From the NCBI RefSeq assembly GCF_009914755.1, contig NC_060933.1: a stretch of DNA of 64,000 nucleotides; one strand, 5' to 3'. Positions 27,561 through 42,429 of the stretch are shown piece after piece. The notes beneath the pieces were generated by a model. The model made no database searches and was not told where the DNA came from. It saw only the letters and a list, made by a program, of their open reading frames with translations. Numbering within the stretch: position 1 is the stretch's first letter; each line of letters starts with the position of its first letter. A program made the translations under genes and the position numbers. The DNA is from the human T2T-CHM13v2.0 reference genome, Homo sapiens.

Positions 27561-30313
27561 GGAAGCAAACTAGTAGGTTTGAGGTAACAACATTACAGAA
27601 TAAAAACCATGACCCCATCACCAAATATAAGAATTAGAATATTACCAATATCTTTACATATACCCAGAGTCATAGGTAGCCCATCCAGAGCCTCTGTGCA
27701 AATTAGAAAAAAAGCTCCTCTTCTTTGGGTTGGACACAACTCTAAACCAAGGTGCCTTGCTTGCCAAACAGAACACAGGCTATATTAATTACATGACCCA
27801 CTTCTGCCCTGGTGTGCTTTCAGACTTATGTAAATGGAATTCTACTGTATATATTATCCTACAAATTATCTTTTTTACTTAACATTATGTTTGTAAGATA
27901 TATCAATATTGTTACATGTAGTACTCCATTTTCACTGCTGTGTAATATTTCTTTGCATGTTTACGTGCTAAAAGAATTAACTCTATATCCCACTATTTCA
28001 GTTACAGGGTATCTATTGAAGGGTGAATGTGACTAAACTAAAAGAGAAATGTAGATCACATAAAGATGGATAAAGGAACTCTGGATCTTATTTTGGGTCA
28101 GGGAAAGCCAGTGTGCTTTCATTTGATGAGAAATAATTGCATTATATTAGGCAAGAGTGAGCTGGTAAAGGAGTGAGCACAACAGTAAATGTCTGGTGTC
28201 CATGCAGTGAATATTTTACATTCACTTATTTTCTCTATGGCATTTTCTGTCCTTTAATAAGCTTTTTCACTTTAATAATGTGGAAAATACAGTAATAGTG
28301 ACAATCCATGCCTATTTAAGTAATGGGAGCACAATATGTGAGCTTACTAGAGAACGGCTATGACTGAAATGGACTCTACATCTTTTCATTTGGACTTACA
28401 TGCAATTTCAATGTCTTTTGCTAGCAGATGAATGTGAATTCATTGCAGTGGATTTTTTATTCAGATACAGAATATTCGGTGCAATTTTTCTAAGTCACTA
28501 TAGTCAATTTTCAGATAACAAAAAGTCCAATAACTTCTAAAATAGAAGAGAGAAAAATGGAAAAAGAAAACAAACTTACAAACAAAAGCCCAACCCCAAT
28601 CAACTGAGTAGAGAGCAATAAAGGAAAAGGGGGAAAGCCAAATAAAAGTTGGACAAATAAAAATTAAAAGTGTGGTGGTAGAAAATGTCTAGATATATTA
28701 ATAATTATAATAAATATAAATCTAAACTTTATAGTAAAAGACAGATTGGGGAACAAACAAACAAAAAACCTCTAACTACATGCTCTTTCAAAAGAAAAAC
28801 CTAAAACTTAAGACACAAAATGGTTGAAAGATGTAGCAGGAAAACAGTAACCAAAAAAACAGAAGTGTATATTAAAAATCACACAAAATAGACTGATGAA
28901 AATAGGTATCGTTAGAGTTAGAGAGGGACCACTACTTGATTTTTATAAACGTTCCAATTGTCAGTGATATAATAACTTCAAAGTTTTACACCTAGAAAAA
29001 TTGTTTCAAATATATAAAGCAAATATTTACTGAACTACAAAGAGAAATTGCCAATGAGAGCTTTCAATATATCTCTCTCAATTACCAACAGACCACCCAA
29101 AGCAAAGATATTAAAAATATGGAAGATCTGAACAACACAATTAATAACAATCAAATAGATAAAAATTCTGCATCCAACAGTTGGCAAATGCACTTATTTT
29201 TCTTAAATATCATAGTGCAATTACAAAAATTGTCCATTTATTAGACCATATGGCAAGTCTCACAAAATTATAACACAGTCCTCATTCTCTGTGCGCAAAG
29301 TAATTAAGTTAGAGGCAATAACAAAAGATAAATCTATAAAAGTTCTTATATATTGAAAAATGTGGAAACACACTTGTAGGTAATTCATGTGTCAAAGAAA
29401 AAATTATGGAAGAAATGTAAAAATCCTAAAAGCCGAATGATAATGAAAATATCACCTACCATGTTCTGTAAAACAGTCAAAGTCATTCTCTAAGGACAAT
29501 TTATTAATTTGAAAGCTTGTTTCAGACAAGAAGAAAGGTTAAAAATTAATGAGCTTTGTGTTCAACTCAAGAAATTAGGAGGAAAAATAGAAAAACAATC
29601 AAAGTAGGAGGAAATAGATAACAGAGATAAAAACAGAGGTTCAGAAAAAAGTAAACAAAGCTACAAAAAAAGAATCCACAAAATTAAAAGTTTTATTTTA
29701 TAAACAGAACAATCTCTGCTGAGATTGAGCGAGGAAAAAAAAAGAAGGCACAAATAAGCAATATTAGAATAAAAAGGGACCTAATCACAGACAAGGCAAA
29801 GATTTTTTTAGATGAGCTACTCTGAATCAATTTAGGCCACATATTCAAAAACTTAGGTGAAATGGGCAAATTCCTAGAAAACTATAATTTATCAAAACTT
29901 ACTCAAAAACAGAGAACCTGAATTGTTTTGTATCTACCAAAGAAATGCAATCAATATTTTTAAATCTTCCCACAAAGAAAATATTTAGTTCAGATATGTT
30001 TACAAATTACTTACACCTAGGTTTCAAGAACGAGATCATTCCAATCTTTAAAAATGTCCTATAAAACAGAAAAAGAGGGACTATGACACAATTCACTCAA
30101 TGATATTAACGTAACCTTGATAGCAAAACCAAAGAAGGACAGGACAATAAAGAAACCTTTTGAACCAATCTCACTCATAAACATAGCTACAAATTCAAAT
30201 TAAATACTAATGAAACAAGCTTAGGAGTTTATTTCAAATAGATAATACATCATAAACAAGTTGAGTTTAACCAGAAATGCAAGCGCAGTTAAACATTAGG
30301 AAATAAAAAATAT

Positions 30314-30630
30314 GGCTAGGCATGGTGGCTCACACCTGTAGCCCCAGTGCCTTGAGAGGCCAAGGTGGGTGAATTACTTGAGCCCAAGAGTTAGAGACCA
30401 ACCGGGGCAACATGGTAAAACCCCGTCTCTACCAAAAAAAATACAAAAATTAGCCAGGCTTGGTAGCACATGCCTGTAGTCCCAGCTACTTGGGAGGCTG
30501 AGGTGAGAGAATCACTTGAGCCTGGAAGTGAAGGTTACAGTGAGCCAAGATGGCACCACTGCCCTCCAGCCTGGGCAACAGAGCAAGACCCTGTCTCAAA
30601 ATAATAATAATAATAATAATAAAGAAAAGA
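30314..30630 (+). mobile_element. AluJ
   Basis: Alu dimer with (AAT)n tail. Confidence 0.93.
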
Positions 30631-30652
30631 AAATATAAAAATATAATTCATT

Positions 30653-30995
<343 letters not shown>

Positions 30996-31283
30996 TTAAC
31001 AGACTACAGGGGAAAAATATGATAATCTCAAAAGATGCAGCAGATAATGAGCAGACTTATTAAAATCAGGAACAAGACTTAGAAGTCCTATTTACTTCTA
31101 CTCAACATTATAGTGGATTTTCTAAGTGCATTAAGACAAGAAAAAGCAGCAACAAGTACAAAGATTGGGAACAGCAATAAAAGGTAGGAGTATTGGAATA
31201 TACTTCATTCATAAGGATATAATTCTCTAAACAGAAAGTCCCACAAAATCTACAGGCAAATTCTTGGTAATAATAACAGAGCT

Positions 31284-31580
31284 GGCCAGGTGTGTGGCTC
31301 ACGCCTGTAATCCCAGCACTTTGGGAGGTCGAGGAGGGCAGATCACCTGAAGTCAGGAGTTCCAGACCAACCTGATCAACATGGAGAAACCCCATCTCTA
31401 CTAAAAATACAAAATTAGCCAGGCGTGGCAGCACTCGCCTGTAATTCTAGCTACTCAGGAGGCTGAGACAGAAGAATCGCTTGAACCCGGGAGGCAGGGG
31501 TTGCGGTGAGCCAAGATCATGCCATTGCACTTCCAGCCTGAGCAACAAGAGCAAAACTCTGTCTCAAAAATAAATAATAA
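31284..31580 (+). mobile_element. AluSp/Sq
   Basis: TSD AATAACAGAGCT. Confidence 0.95.
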
Positions 31581-31700
31581 TTTAACAATAACAGAGCTAA
31601 CCAACATGGCTGAATAGAAGACCAATACGCACAACCAAATATATTTCTAAGCATTGGCAACAAACAGAAAATTTAAAAAGTATAAAAGCAGTTTACCATA

Positions 31701-32059
31701 TGATATGGTTTGGCTATGTCCCCACCCAAATCTCATCTTGAACTGTAACTCCCATCATTTCCACATGTCTTGGGAGGGACTCGGTGGGAGGTAATTGAAT
31801 CACGGGGTTGGGTCTTTTCTGTGCTGTTCTTATGAGAGTAAATATCACGAGATCTGATGGTTTTATAAGGGGGAATTCCTCTACACAAGCTTTCCTTACC
31901 TGCTGCCATGTAAGACATGACTTTGCTCCTCCTTTGCCTTCTGCCATGATTGTGAGGCCTCCCGAGCCACGTGGAACTGTGAGTCTATGAAACCTCTTGT
32001 TCTTTATCAATTACCCAGTCTCTGGTATGTCTTTATTAGCAGCATAAAAGACTAATACA
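31701..32059 (+). mobile_element. THE1 solo LTR
   Basis: TGATATGGTTTGGCT...ACTAATACA; perfect TSD CCATA. Confidence 0.93.
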
Positions 32060-33321
32060 CCATAACAACAAAAAAGTATAAATTACATCTAATGAAGTTA
32101 TAGGAGACCTATATGGAATAAATTCTAAAACTCTATTTGATAAACATCAGAGAAGATCTACTATAGAAATAAATAAAAGACGACATTCAAAACGAAGACT
32201 TTCTATTGTGAAGTTACCAGTTTTTCCCAATTTGACCTACAGATTCAGTGTAATTTGATGCCAAATCACACTTTTTTTCCCAAGAAACTAAGAAGCTGAT
32301 TCTAAAATTCCTATGGATGAACAAAGGTCAAAAATATAACAAAGACTCTTTTGGAGAAGAACAAGGTAGGAGGTATGCTTTATCCTGTTTGAGGACTTTG
32401 ATTACAAAGTTAATTAAGAGAGTGGTATTAACGCTGCAATACACAAATGGGTTAATGGTATAGTAGAGACTTGGGAAACAGAGCCACACATATTTGGACA
32501 TCATATATAACAGAGGTGTTATTGTATATAATCAAGAAAGGGAGAATTAGTCAATAAGTGGTGCTGGGAGAATATGGGGAAAAATGAAACTGGATTCCTA
32601 CCCAACATGATACGTAAGTCAATTCTAGATGCATGCAAGACTTGGATGTGAAAGCTGATATTTTAAACATCTATAGGATAATATCTTTAGTTTCCTGGGG
32701 TAAAGAAAACACATACAAAACAAAAACAGGCTTGTCTGAAACTGAGAACACAAAACACCCCAAAAAACTTATCTAAAACTGAAGAGATTAACAAATTTGA
32801 CTTTCTATTTTTCAAAATACTCCAAACAAGAATTTGTAGACAAGCGACAAGCCAGTAGTAGATATTTGCTATATATAACTAGTGGTACGCCCATACATGT
32901 TTTAAAAACCTAGCTTTGCAGAGATGAAAAAAGCCATGATTTGTTGGGTTTGATTCTTTTCAAGGTGGAAAAGTTTATTTCAAGCCACCAACATGATGTT
33001 GCTAAACATGAAGTTAGGAAGACATACACAAAATCTCTCAGACGAGTCTACACAAGCCAGCTCCAGTACACCACTGCATATAACACTAAAGGATTTGTTT
33101 CCAGAATGCATGAAGAACTCTTTCTATTTATCAATAATTAAATGACAAACAATGCCACAAAAAAGGGAGGCATGAATAGTCATTTTGCAAAAGAGGAAAT
33201 ATGAATGAAGAAAAAATACATGAAAAGATTCTCTACTTCACAGTGATCATATAAATGTAAATTAAGATTATAATGAGTAAACATATTATACTCTCCTGAT
33301 GAACTAAAGTTAAGTATTACT

Positions 33322-33443
33322 GCTGGGTGCAGTGGTGGATGTCTGTAGTCCCAGTTACTTAGGAGGCTGAAGTAGGAGAATCACTTGAGCCCAGGAGTTT
33401 GACTCTAACCTGAGCAACATAGTGAGACCCTGTCTCTAAAAAA
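33322..33443 (+). mobile_element. FLAM/FAM Alu monomer
   Basis: Single monomer. Confidence 0.85.
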
Positions 33444-33712
33444 CATTTAAAAAGAAATATTACTATATTAATTTTTCCCAAAGACAGATCAACGGGAACT
33501 CTTAAACAATGCTGGTGTGAACATAAATTGGCACAACCACCCTGGAATAAGATTTGGCATTATCTTACAAAGTTAAGTACTGTACATTCTACAATCCAGC
33601 AATATGTAAGCTCAGGTATATATTGTAGAGGAATGCTTGCACAAGTGCACCAGAAAATATGAACATGAATATGCACAGTAGCACTTTTTGTTAAAAACAT
33701 AACAACCCAAAT

Positions 33713-34130
33713 GTAATCAGTCAAGGTTTGTTCATAGAAGTAGAACTACTAAGATAAATTGACAAAACGGATTTAGAGACTTGACTGTATGCAATTGTGG
33801 AAGCTGGTTATACTCTCTAGGGGAGGCTGTTGTTTCTGTGTCTAGTGCTGGAGCTGAAGTTCACAGGACCAGTGGTCAGGAGGTAGAGAGCAGGAAGCGA
33901 GGACAAACTGGAATCCATGAGGATGGACTGGAATCTGCATTGGTCTCTCACCACCTCCAAACCTCTGGTGGAGGAGGAGTTAAACACACCTCTGACCCAA
34001 GAGTTAGAGAAGCTGAAGCATAAGATCCACAGGAGCTGGAGGAGCTATGGACCCTGCACCTACCTCCTGAGTGTTAGGAAATACAGCTAATTTCTTCACT
34101 TTCACTTTCCACATCAGGCAGAAAATGTCT
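33713..34130 (-). mobile_element. MLT2-like ERVL LTR
   Basis: TGTAATCAGTCAAGGTTTG...GCAATTGTGGAAGCTGG motifs. Confidence 0.6.
34091..34110 (-). promoter_or_regulatory. Tandem IRF/PRDM1 motif GGAAAGTGAAAGTGAAGAAA
   Basis: Contains exact GAAAGTGAAAGT. Confidence 0.5.
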
Positions 34131-35974
34131 CTCCAGGTTCATCTAGTCTATTTTCATATGAGAAGTTTAAGAGGCCCAGAGAAGTGAAGTGACTTGTTAC
34201 CTAGAAGCCTGTTTTTAAAAAAAAAAAAAGTCTTATGCATCTGAAACTCTTCGTAAGAGAGTGCACGTCAGTATTTTTGATCTAGGTACAGGCTGTCCGA
34301 GGGATATTCTTGACTCATGTTCTTTTGCCAGTTGCCTCTGATTATATCACATAAGAGGGCTTAGGCAGCTTTGCAATAATAGTTCTACTAATTATTCTCC
34401 AAAGGAAATTCCTCATTCCACTGCAAATAGATGTGATCTTAAGACTGATTTCCCCCAGAATCACTACAATATACTCTTATCTAAATTTGAGCACAGCATC
34501 TAAATATTCATTTTATTTAAATGTGAATTGCTGCATTCGAGCTAAGGCCGAGTTCTCCATACGAGATCCAAATTTGGTACCAATTTGGTAACCATAATCC
34601 ATGGTTACTCTGTGACTACTAATCTGGGGGAAAAAGAAAACACTCTTTGGCAGAAGAGGATAAGTACATTCCTAATTTTCATTTCCAGATTCTTAGCCAC
34701 TCATCCAGGATGAATGTTAAAACCATTATCAAAACATAGCCTTAGAAATAAAATTGTTAGGGAGATAATAATAACTCTTTGTCAATGAATTTATTTTGAG
34801 CAATAATAATACAACAAAGTTCCAGTACTGCGAAAAAGTTTGGCTAATCTCAAGAACATTATAGCATATGCAACTTGAAGTAATTTCTTTATCTAAAAAT
34901 ATTGGGCCAAAAGAAACTAATTAGAGTTTAATGTAATTTTATATTAAGTGTCTTGCTGTGGTTTTAAGATTTTCAGTAATATACTTTATTTTAAATCATC
35001 TCAGTGATTTAAAAGAGTAACACTTTTAAATGATAAAAAAATTTTAATCATTTATCATTTTAAATGATAAAAATAAATTTTGAGTGGGAAACCCTTTTCA
35101 TAAAGAAAAAAGAAAAAAAGAAATTTTTATCATTTTTAGTTTCACAAAATAACAAATTGGAAGGTAATAATGTAAATTTGTAAGCTTTTCGCTGCAAAAA
35201 ACTGTCATAAAAATCTTTAGATGGTGTGTTTCATTACTGACTTTAAAATAAAATTTAATATAAAAATATAATTCATAGCTAACTTTTTCTGAAATGTGTT
35301 TCTTTTTTTACAAAGTGAGATGTATCAGTACTTCTTTCGTTTCTATGCAATAATATTGTCACTCTCCCTTTTCTTTTTTATTAACTGATTTGGACTCTAT
35401 TTCTAAGATAGCGTATAACAAAATGCCCCCAAAACCCACAACTCACAATTTTATGGATACTCTACCTATTGGGATATATTCCAATATGGTTATCATGTAG
35501 AAACCTCAAAAGAGAAAGGCTAACTTCCTCCTGTAAAGGAGTGATCATTACCACCACCAATCAATTGAACAAAGCCACTTCCACACAGTCAATAAGCTGC
35601 TTTGACTTTTTCTTGTTCTCACTTTTCTGGGTCTAGACTTGGGGAGTTAAAGTGTTAAGGTCTATGTACTTTGGCCATGGGTAACTGCCACAAATTGGGT
35701 TCTCAGTGAAGCACAGTCTGGACAGAGATTGGGGTGAAGGAATTTTATTAGGGAGTGTTCTTGGGATCAAACCAGTCCACTGCCTGGTCTTAGGACAATA
35801 GTAAAGAGGGGAATAGCGCCCTCCCCCACAGGCCAAGGGAAGACAAAATTAGCAGGATGTAAGATCTAGCTATTCTTCCCCATGTGGAGATTCTCCTTCC
35901 AGTGAACTTTGGAGAACCGTTTATTTTTATTAAGAAAGGCAACATTTTTTGACATGTACAAAGCACTTTCCTAT

Positions 35975-36245
35975 ATTTTTATTTTTTAATTTTTGATTTC
36001 CATAGGTTTTTGGGGAACAGGTGGTGTCTGGTTACATGAGTAAGTTCTTTAGTGGTGATTTGTGAGACTTTGGTGCATCCATCTCCTGAGCAGTATACGC
36101 TGAACCCAATTTGTAGTCTTTTATCTCTCACCCCCTTCCCACTCTTCCTCTGAGTCCCCAAAGTCCATTGTGTCATTCTTACGCCTTTGCATCCCCATAG
36201 CTTATCTCCCACTTATGAGTGAGAACATATGATGTTTGGTTTTCC
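35975..36245 (-). mobile_element. L1PB 3' end
   Basis: CATAGGTTTTTGGGGAACAGGTGGTG...GGTTACATGAGTAAGTTCTTTAGTGG. Confidence 0.9.
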
Positions 36246-37460
36246 AAGGGAAGGCAATATTTTTATTAGGGGTCTATAAATATTAGTGGCTGTTTTTTAA
36301 AATTTGGTATTTCAACTGTAGTCTTCATGATCAGTGATTTAGAAAAATACCATATTGTACTGAAATAAATTTGCTATATATTTATTTCAGATTCTATATT
36401 AAAAATTGAAAAATTAGTGTTTTCTGCTGTTTGGAAAATACAGTAAATTTTCTTCTCTAAGTTTTCTTTTGCTAGAGTTTTTATGTGATGTCACGGGCCT
36501 CTCCATGCCCTTTGCATTCTCTTCCAAAAATCTGTTCTTGCTGTCAGTTAAGTGGAAATGGTTAGCAACGAAGCAAAATCAAAGTGGACCCACCCAGCTT
36601 TTATATCCTGCATGGCTGAGCTTTAATGAAAGTTTGAGTTTTTCCAAAAGTCTGGTCTCTACTGACTGGGAATGAAAAACATTTGGAAAAAAATGCCTTG
36701 AGCATGTGAACCATGTAATTTCATTTGAACTAAGGAATTCCAAAAATACTTTGCTTATTGGAAGGGCAGTTATATTGCTGCATTAGAACTTGATATTGAG
36801 AAGGATAAGTACTAGTTCTTTTCTCCCTTTTTCTCATAAACATTAAAAAACTTAGACTGAGTGGCTGGGTAGGAAAATAGTGTAAAGAGGCTAAGTTGGA
36901 CCACCAGGTGGGCTTGCTCTAGAACCTATTCCTTCCTTAGGAGATCCATCTACTCTTCCGGGTTCCATAGAGCCCCACGCAGCTTGAAGCAACCCACTCT
37001 GCACTGATGACAATGCAGGGCTTCATCTGGCCATATCTTGATGACTACTTGAACTGAGGCCCAGTCCTTTAGTCAGTTCTGCTCACCGACACCAGTGTAA
37101 ATGCTATGCCAGTAGCAAAACTGGAATTGCTGGGTCCCTGCTGGGCAATCTGGCCAGAGAACAAAGTAGGTCCTGTTCAGTTTTATGTCTCCATGAGGGG
37201 ATCAGGTGTTAATATTATTAACTAGCATTTTTGGGAATATGTACTATGTGCTAGTCACAATACTGGATACTTTTACATGGATTACATTATTCAATCTCCG
37301 TAACAATCCTCTATGGAATTTTGAAGCTTAGAAAGGTTAAGAAATCAGGTTTTGAAACCAATCAGTCTGACTCCAAAGCCTTTGATCTTCTTTCCTATTT
37401 TGTAATCCCTGGCTTTTAATCATGGGTCTTAGTGTACTAGATTGGGATCACAGATAGCAG

Positions 37461-37879
37461 TGTGGCAGATACAGTTGGTGCCCTGCCCATGTCTCCTGAG
37501 CCTTACCAAGTGCCAGCAGCTGGACCATCTTGCTTAATGGCCTTCTCTGGTGGCTGGAGCTCCATATGTGAGCATAGGTTTGAGGAGATGTAATGCCTTA
37601 AGTGCAGCCTTTAACTAATGATTGATAGGAGTTGGGGTATGAATACTTCAGCTCCTTTGCTACTCTGGTAGAGTAACTCAGAGGCATGAATTTTACACTG
37701 GTACCCAAAATTCTCCAGAGGGATTAAGTCCATTACCCACAGTACTAACCCACTTGAAAACATGCCCTTTTTATTGATTGCCTTCCCTCTTTGTCTCACT
37801 TCCCTTGCCCATATTTCCTGAGATCACTACCCAAGTAAGCTACTTGTGTACATATTAATGCCTTAGGATCTGGCTTCTG
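37461..37879 (+). mobile_element. LTR16-like ERVL LTR
   Basis: TGTGGCAGATACAGTTGGTGCCC...CTTCTGGGGGAACCAAAACTAAGACA. Confidence 0.75.
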
Positions 37880-38393
37880 GGGGAACCAAAACTAAGACAA
37901 AGAGCAAAGAAACGGTGGACCTATGAAGAAGGAGGACCCAGTTGGAGTGGATGGGGCAATGCTGGAAGGAAAGCATGGGGTTGCAGTCTCTAGGAAGAAG
38001 CCTCTGATGATGGTTTCCTGTTCTTGAAGCTGACAGTGTCATTGTGAGACAGGAGACAAAGGTTTTGGGGGATTATTGAATATTGACACACTGGATGGTT
38101 CTTTGATTGCTTGATTGAATGGAATTTCTTTCAGAAGTTCTCTCTTGGTCTGTTCTTTTCAAATGTATTCTATATTTACCCAAGTTTAATAAGAAGAGAT
38201 TCCAGAAAATGCAACCATTAATAACTGGAATAATGAAAGAAAATGCTAACACGTTAAAAACAGAACATTGAGTAAATGGTCATAAGTAAATGAAAGACAA
38301 ATGTATATATATAATTTTGGAGGATGTATAATTTACTCATATGGCCTGAATGTGGTAATACTATGTATCATATTTCATGCAAACATAAACTGA

Positions 38394-38693
<300 letters not shown>

Positions 38694-38878
38694 AATGAGG
38701 CTCTTTTATACCACTTTTACTACACTTATAGGATCATTTCTCAACTTGTGACTCTATCATCTTTACTGATTAACTGGACATCCAGTGGTGCCCAAATTTT
38801 CAGGGAATAACATGGGCATGGGCAAAATCTTGCCTTGTTAAGGTTAATGGTATTGTAAATTGTTAACTATTGCATTTA

Positions 38879-39153
38879 GGTCGGGCATGGTGGCTCACCC
38901 CTGTAATCCCAGCACTTTTGAGTGGCCGAGGCAGGCAGATCACTTGAGGCCAGGAGCTTGAGACCAGCCTGGTCAATATGGTGAAACCCATCTCTACTAA
39001 AAGTACAAAAATTAGCCAGGCATGGTGGCAGGCACCTGTAATCCCAGCTACTGCAGAGGCTGAGGCACAAGAATCACTTGAACCCAGGAGGCGGAGGTTG
39101 CAGATTGTGCCACTGCACTCCAGCCTGGGCGACAGTGAGACTGGAAAAAAAAA
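38879..39153 (+). mobile_element. AluS
   Basis: TSD ATTGCATTTA. Confidence 0.95.
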
Positions 39154-39604
39154 ATCAATTGCATTTACACATTTTAATATCTGTCATTAATTTTATATAT
39201 TCAACTTCATGTCCGCATTAACCAAGTTTTGCCTGAGACATCATACTTAAATTTACATGGCTGTTATAATAATCTGAAACAAATTGGTTTTTGAAGCAGT
39301 CGCTTGGGGTATTGTTAACACATTCATGAAGAGCAAACTTAGAAATGCCCATTATTTTTTATAAAATCTGTAGATTCAGAGAGGAAAATAAAGTTGTAAG
39401 TAGACATTTCTTCTTCTGAATACTCCAACCACAAGAAGGAACTGTATGAGCAATAACAGAATATTTTGAGATAATCTTTAGAGTATCTAAGCACTCAATC
39501 CCCATTCATTGAGTCTTGAAGACGCCCAATATGCTCACCACATTCCAGTCAAACAGCACTTTCACCAGAGATTTGAGTTACAGAGCTGGATAACCCCTCA
39601 ATGC

Positions 39605-39896
39605 TTTTTTTTTTTTTTCTTTAGATGGGGAGTCTCGCTCTGTGACCTAGGCTGTGGTGCGATCTCGGCTTACTGTAACCTCTGCCTCCTGGGTTCAAGC
39701 AATTCTCCTGGCTCAGCCTCCCAAATAGCTGGGATTACAGGCGTGCACCACCACACCCAGTTAATTTTTGTACTTTTAGTAGAGACGGGGTTTCACCATG
39801 TTGGCCAGGCTGGTCTTAACTCATGACCTCAAGTGATCCACCCACGTCAGCCTCCCAGAATGCTGGGATTACAGGCATTAGCCACCACGCCCAGCC
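39605..39896 (-). mobile_element. AluS
   Basis: Alu dimer. Confidence 0.94.
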
Positions 39897-40959
39897 ACCC
39901 CTCACTGCTTTTTAACAAATACTAACAGGTAAACTGTTTATCTGCTTGATCATAGAAGAACATGGACTCAATGATGAAGTATATATAGGCAATGGTCAAC
40001 TTTGTTTTCTAATCCACACATACAGCTGATTTAAACCCATGTTTTCATTTACTGGTCAAGATAAAAATATGGAGGGAGTCTTGCTATTCATGCAAACATT
40101 TTTGTCTTTACCACACAGGAATCCTCAGAAAACCTCTGAGAACAATATGTTTGCTTGGAGTTAGAGAGGTGTCCAGTTAGGGGAGATGTTGGGACACTTT
40201 GCTCCCTTCCTACAGAAGGGATTCCCAAGTCCTACAGAAGAAGATTCCCCTCTAATGGAAAGCAGCACGTAGTGGCAGCATAAGCTAAGAAAACAATCAA
40301 CTCCTAGGAAACTGTGGAGGACAGTAAGAGCCTGTAGCGCATTACAATGGGCATCCTGAGAAAGTGACCAGGGTACAGGGAGATTCTGCCTTTGGTGTAT
40401 TATATATTAAATGATGTGGATGGATTAATGTTGTTAAAATATGGAGACTTCTTCCCCCGCCCTTACTCTTCAGCCCCAGTCCCTCCCCTCCTCACCCCCT
40501 TCAAAAAAGAAAGAAAAAAGAAAAAGAAAGAAAGAAAATGGTGTTAAAATATGATCCTATTGTTAAATGTTAACTCTTTGATTCATTTATAGCCTTCAAC
40601 ATCATACCTGGGTGATGTGATTCCTTCTTCCCTCTCTTACTTTTACATCCATGGATGTATGCCACAGAAAGATCTACAGCACTGTTTATTTTCAAGAATT
40701 CACATGACCCTTTAGATAAATTATTGTTTTCATTTTTGCCTAAGATACACAAGATATTATTCTCCAAGTAAATGTGAAAATACTGATTTCCTTCATTTCT
40801 TTAGCAAAGTAATTTTATACATGAAGGATTGAGTAAAAACAAATACCTTAGGAGTTAAAAAAAATGTAGTTAATAAGACAGCCTGACATAAATTATTATA
40901 TACATTTAGTTGGTGAGAAAATAAGTTTGTGGAAAGAGATGGTATAGTGAAGTTGATAA

Positions 40960-41170
40960 ACTTGGGGATTCTGGGTTCAAGTTTTGACTCCATCACTTTC
41001 CAGCTCTGTGAGCCTTGAGCTTCTCTAAGCCCCAATTTCCTCATCTGTAAAATGGGGATAATATGTATCTCATGTGATTGTTGAGAGGATAAAAATTAAA
41101 TAATGTAAAATGCTTAGAGCAGTATCTAGTACATAAGTGCAGAATAAATGCTAGTTACTGTTATAATTTA
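40960..41170 (+). mobile_element. MIR
   Basis: TTTCCTCATCTGTAAAATGGGGATAATA core. Confidence 0.85.
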
Positions 41171-42429
41171 TGTAACAGTACCAATCATTAGACACAAAGT
41201 TCTTTGTGACTAATCCACAATATACCACTAAAGGCACAGATTAATGCCAGTGCCTGGTTTCTAGCACTTAAAAAAATAACAACCTGGTATGACAGATATT
41301 AACATTTCCACCTGCAGGTAAAAAAACGGTTAAAGGTAACTTAGGGCTAGCAGGGCAATATGAAGGTGATCAGCAGGGGCCAGGTGGTCAGGTTTAACTT
41401 GCCCATAATTGCTATTGAATGACCCAAGGTCACTTCCACTACTTGGTCTTATCTGGTTTTCACAGCACAATTTTTACATCCTTAGACAGCTCTCTCATTA
41501 GGAAATCAAGAAAATTCAGATCTGCTGGAGAAGGGATCATGGCCATATCTCCCAGGAATCCAGTGCACTTTTTGACTTGTTTACAAACTAACAGAAGGTT
41601 GAGTACAGAGATTCCAGACCATATTCAAAGTACACACCGGACACTTTTTTTTCCTCCTAAAGAAATGTCAACCTTATTAATATGCATGAGACTCATAGTG
41701 GATATTTGTTAAAAATGCTAATTCTTGGGCCATACCATCAACATCAAGGACTCCGGATTCAGAAAGCCTGGGACTTGGCCAAGGAATCTGTATTTTAAAT
41801 ATATCTCTAGACAATTCTGATCCAGATGACTGGACCACACTTTGGGAAAACTGATCTCCTTGATAACAAATTAACAATTTTAAAAATAGTACTTATTATT
41901 TTTTGATGATAAAAGAAAAATTAGAAAGTGCTCAGAACAGAAAAAATTAATAATTATATTTTCAGGAGATGATGACTGCAAATATAGCTGTCCTAATTTT
42001 TTTAAATAAAAGACAATAAAGGAAATAATGTATTTTGGGGGGCATTTGGTAGCCATTTTTCCATATCTCTTTTCAAGTTCTTACATTCAAGTGTATTGGT
42101 TGTTCAGTTTCACAGGTATATTCCTTTTATACCAACTCTTAATGGCTTTTATAAATGATTTCTATGTTTGAAATATATATAAATTTACTCTATGAAATCC
42201 ACTTATATTCTTGTTGGGTCAGGAGATTGGACTGGATGTGTTTAAGGCCCATTCTGACTAAGATGTCATACTTGTAAGATTGTTATAACTCTTTTAAGTA
42301 TAAGGAATAACCCCATTCAAACTTGACAGATAATTTAAAATTATATCCCCCAAAAGTTAAAGATTTCCTCTTGGGGTTTGACCTTTTATGCAGATCTCCT
42401 GATGTGACAGTATATCAAAGGTAGTAACA

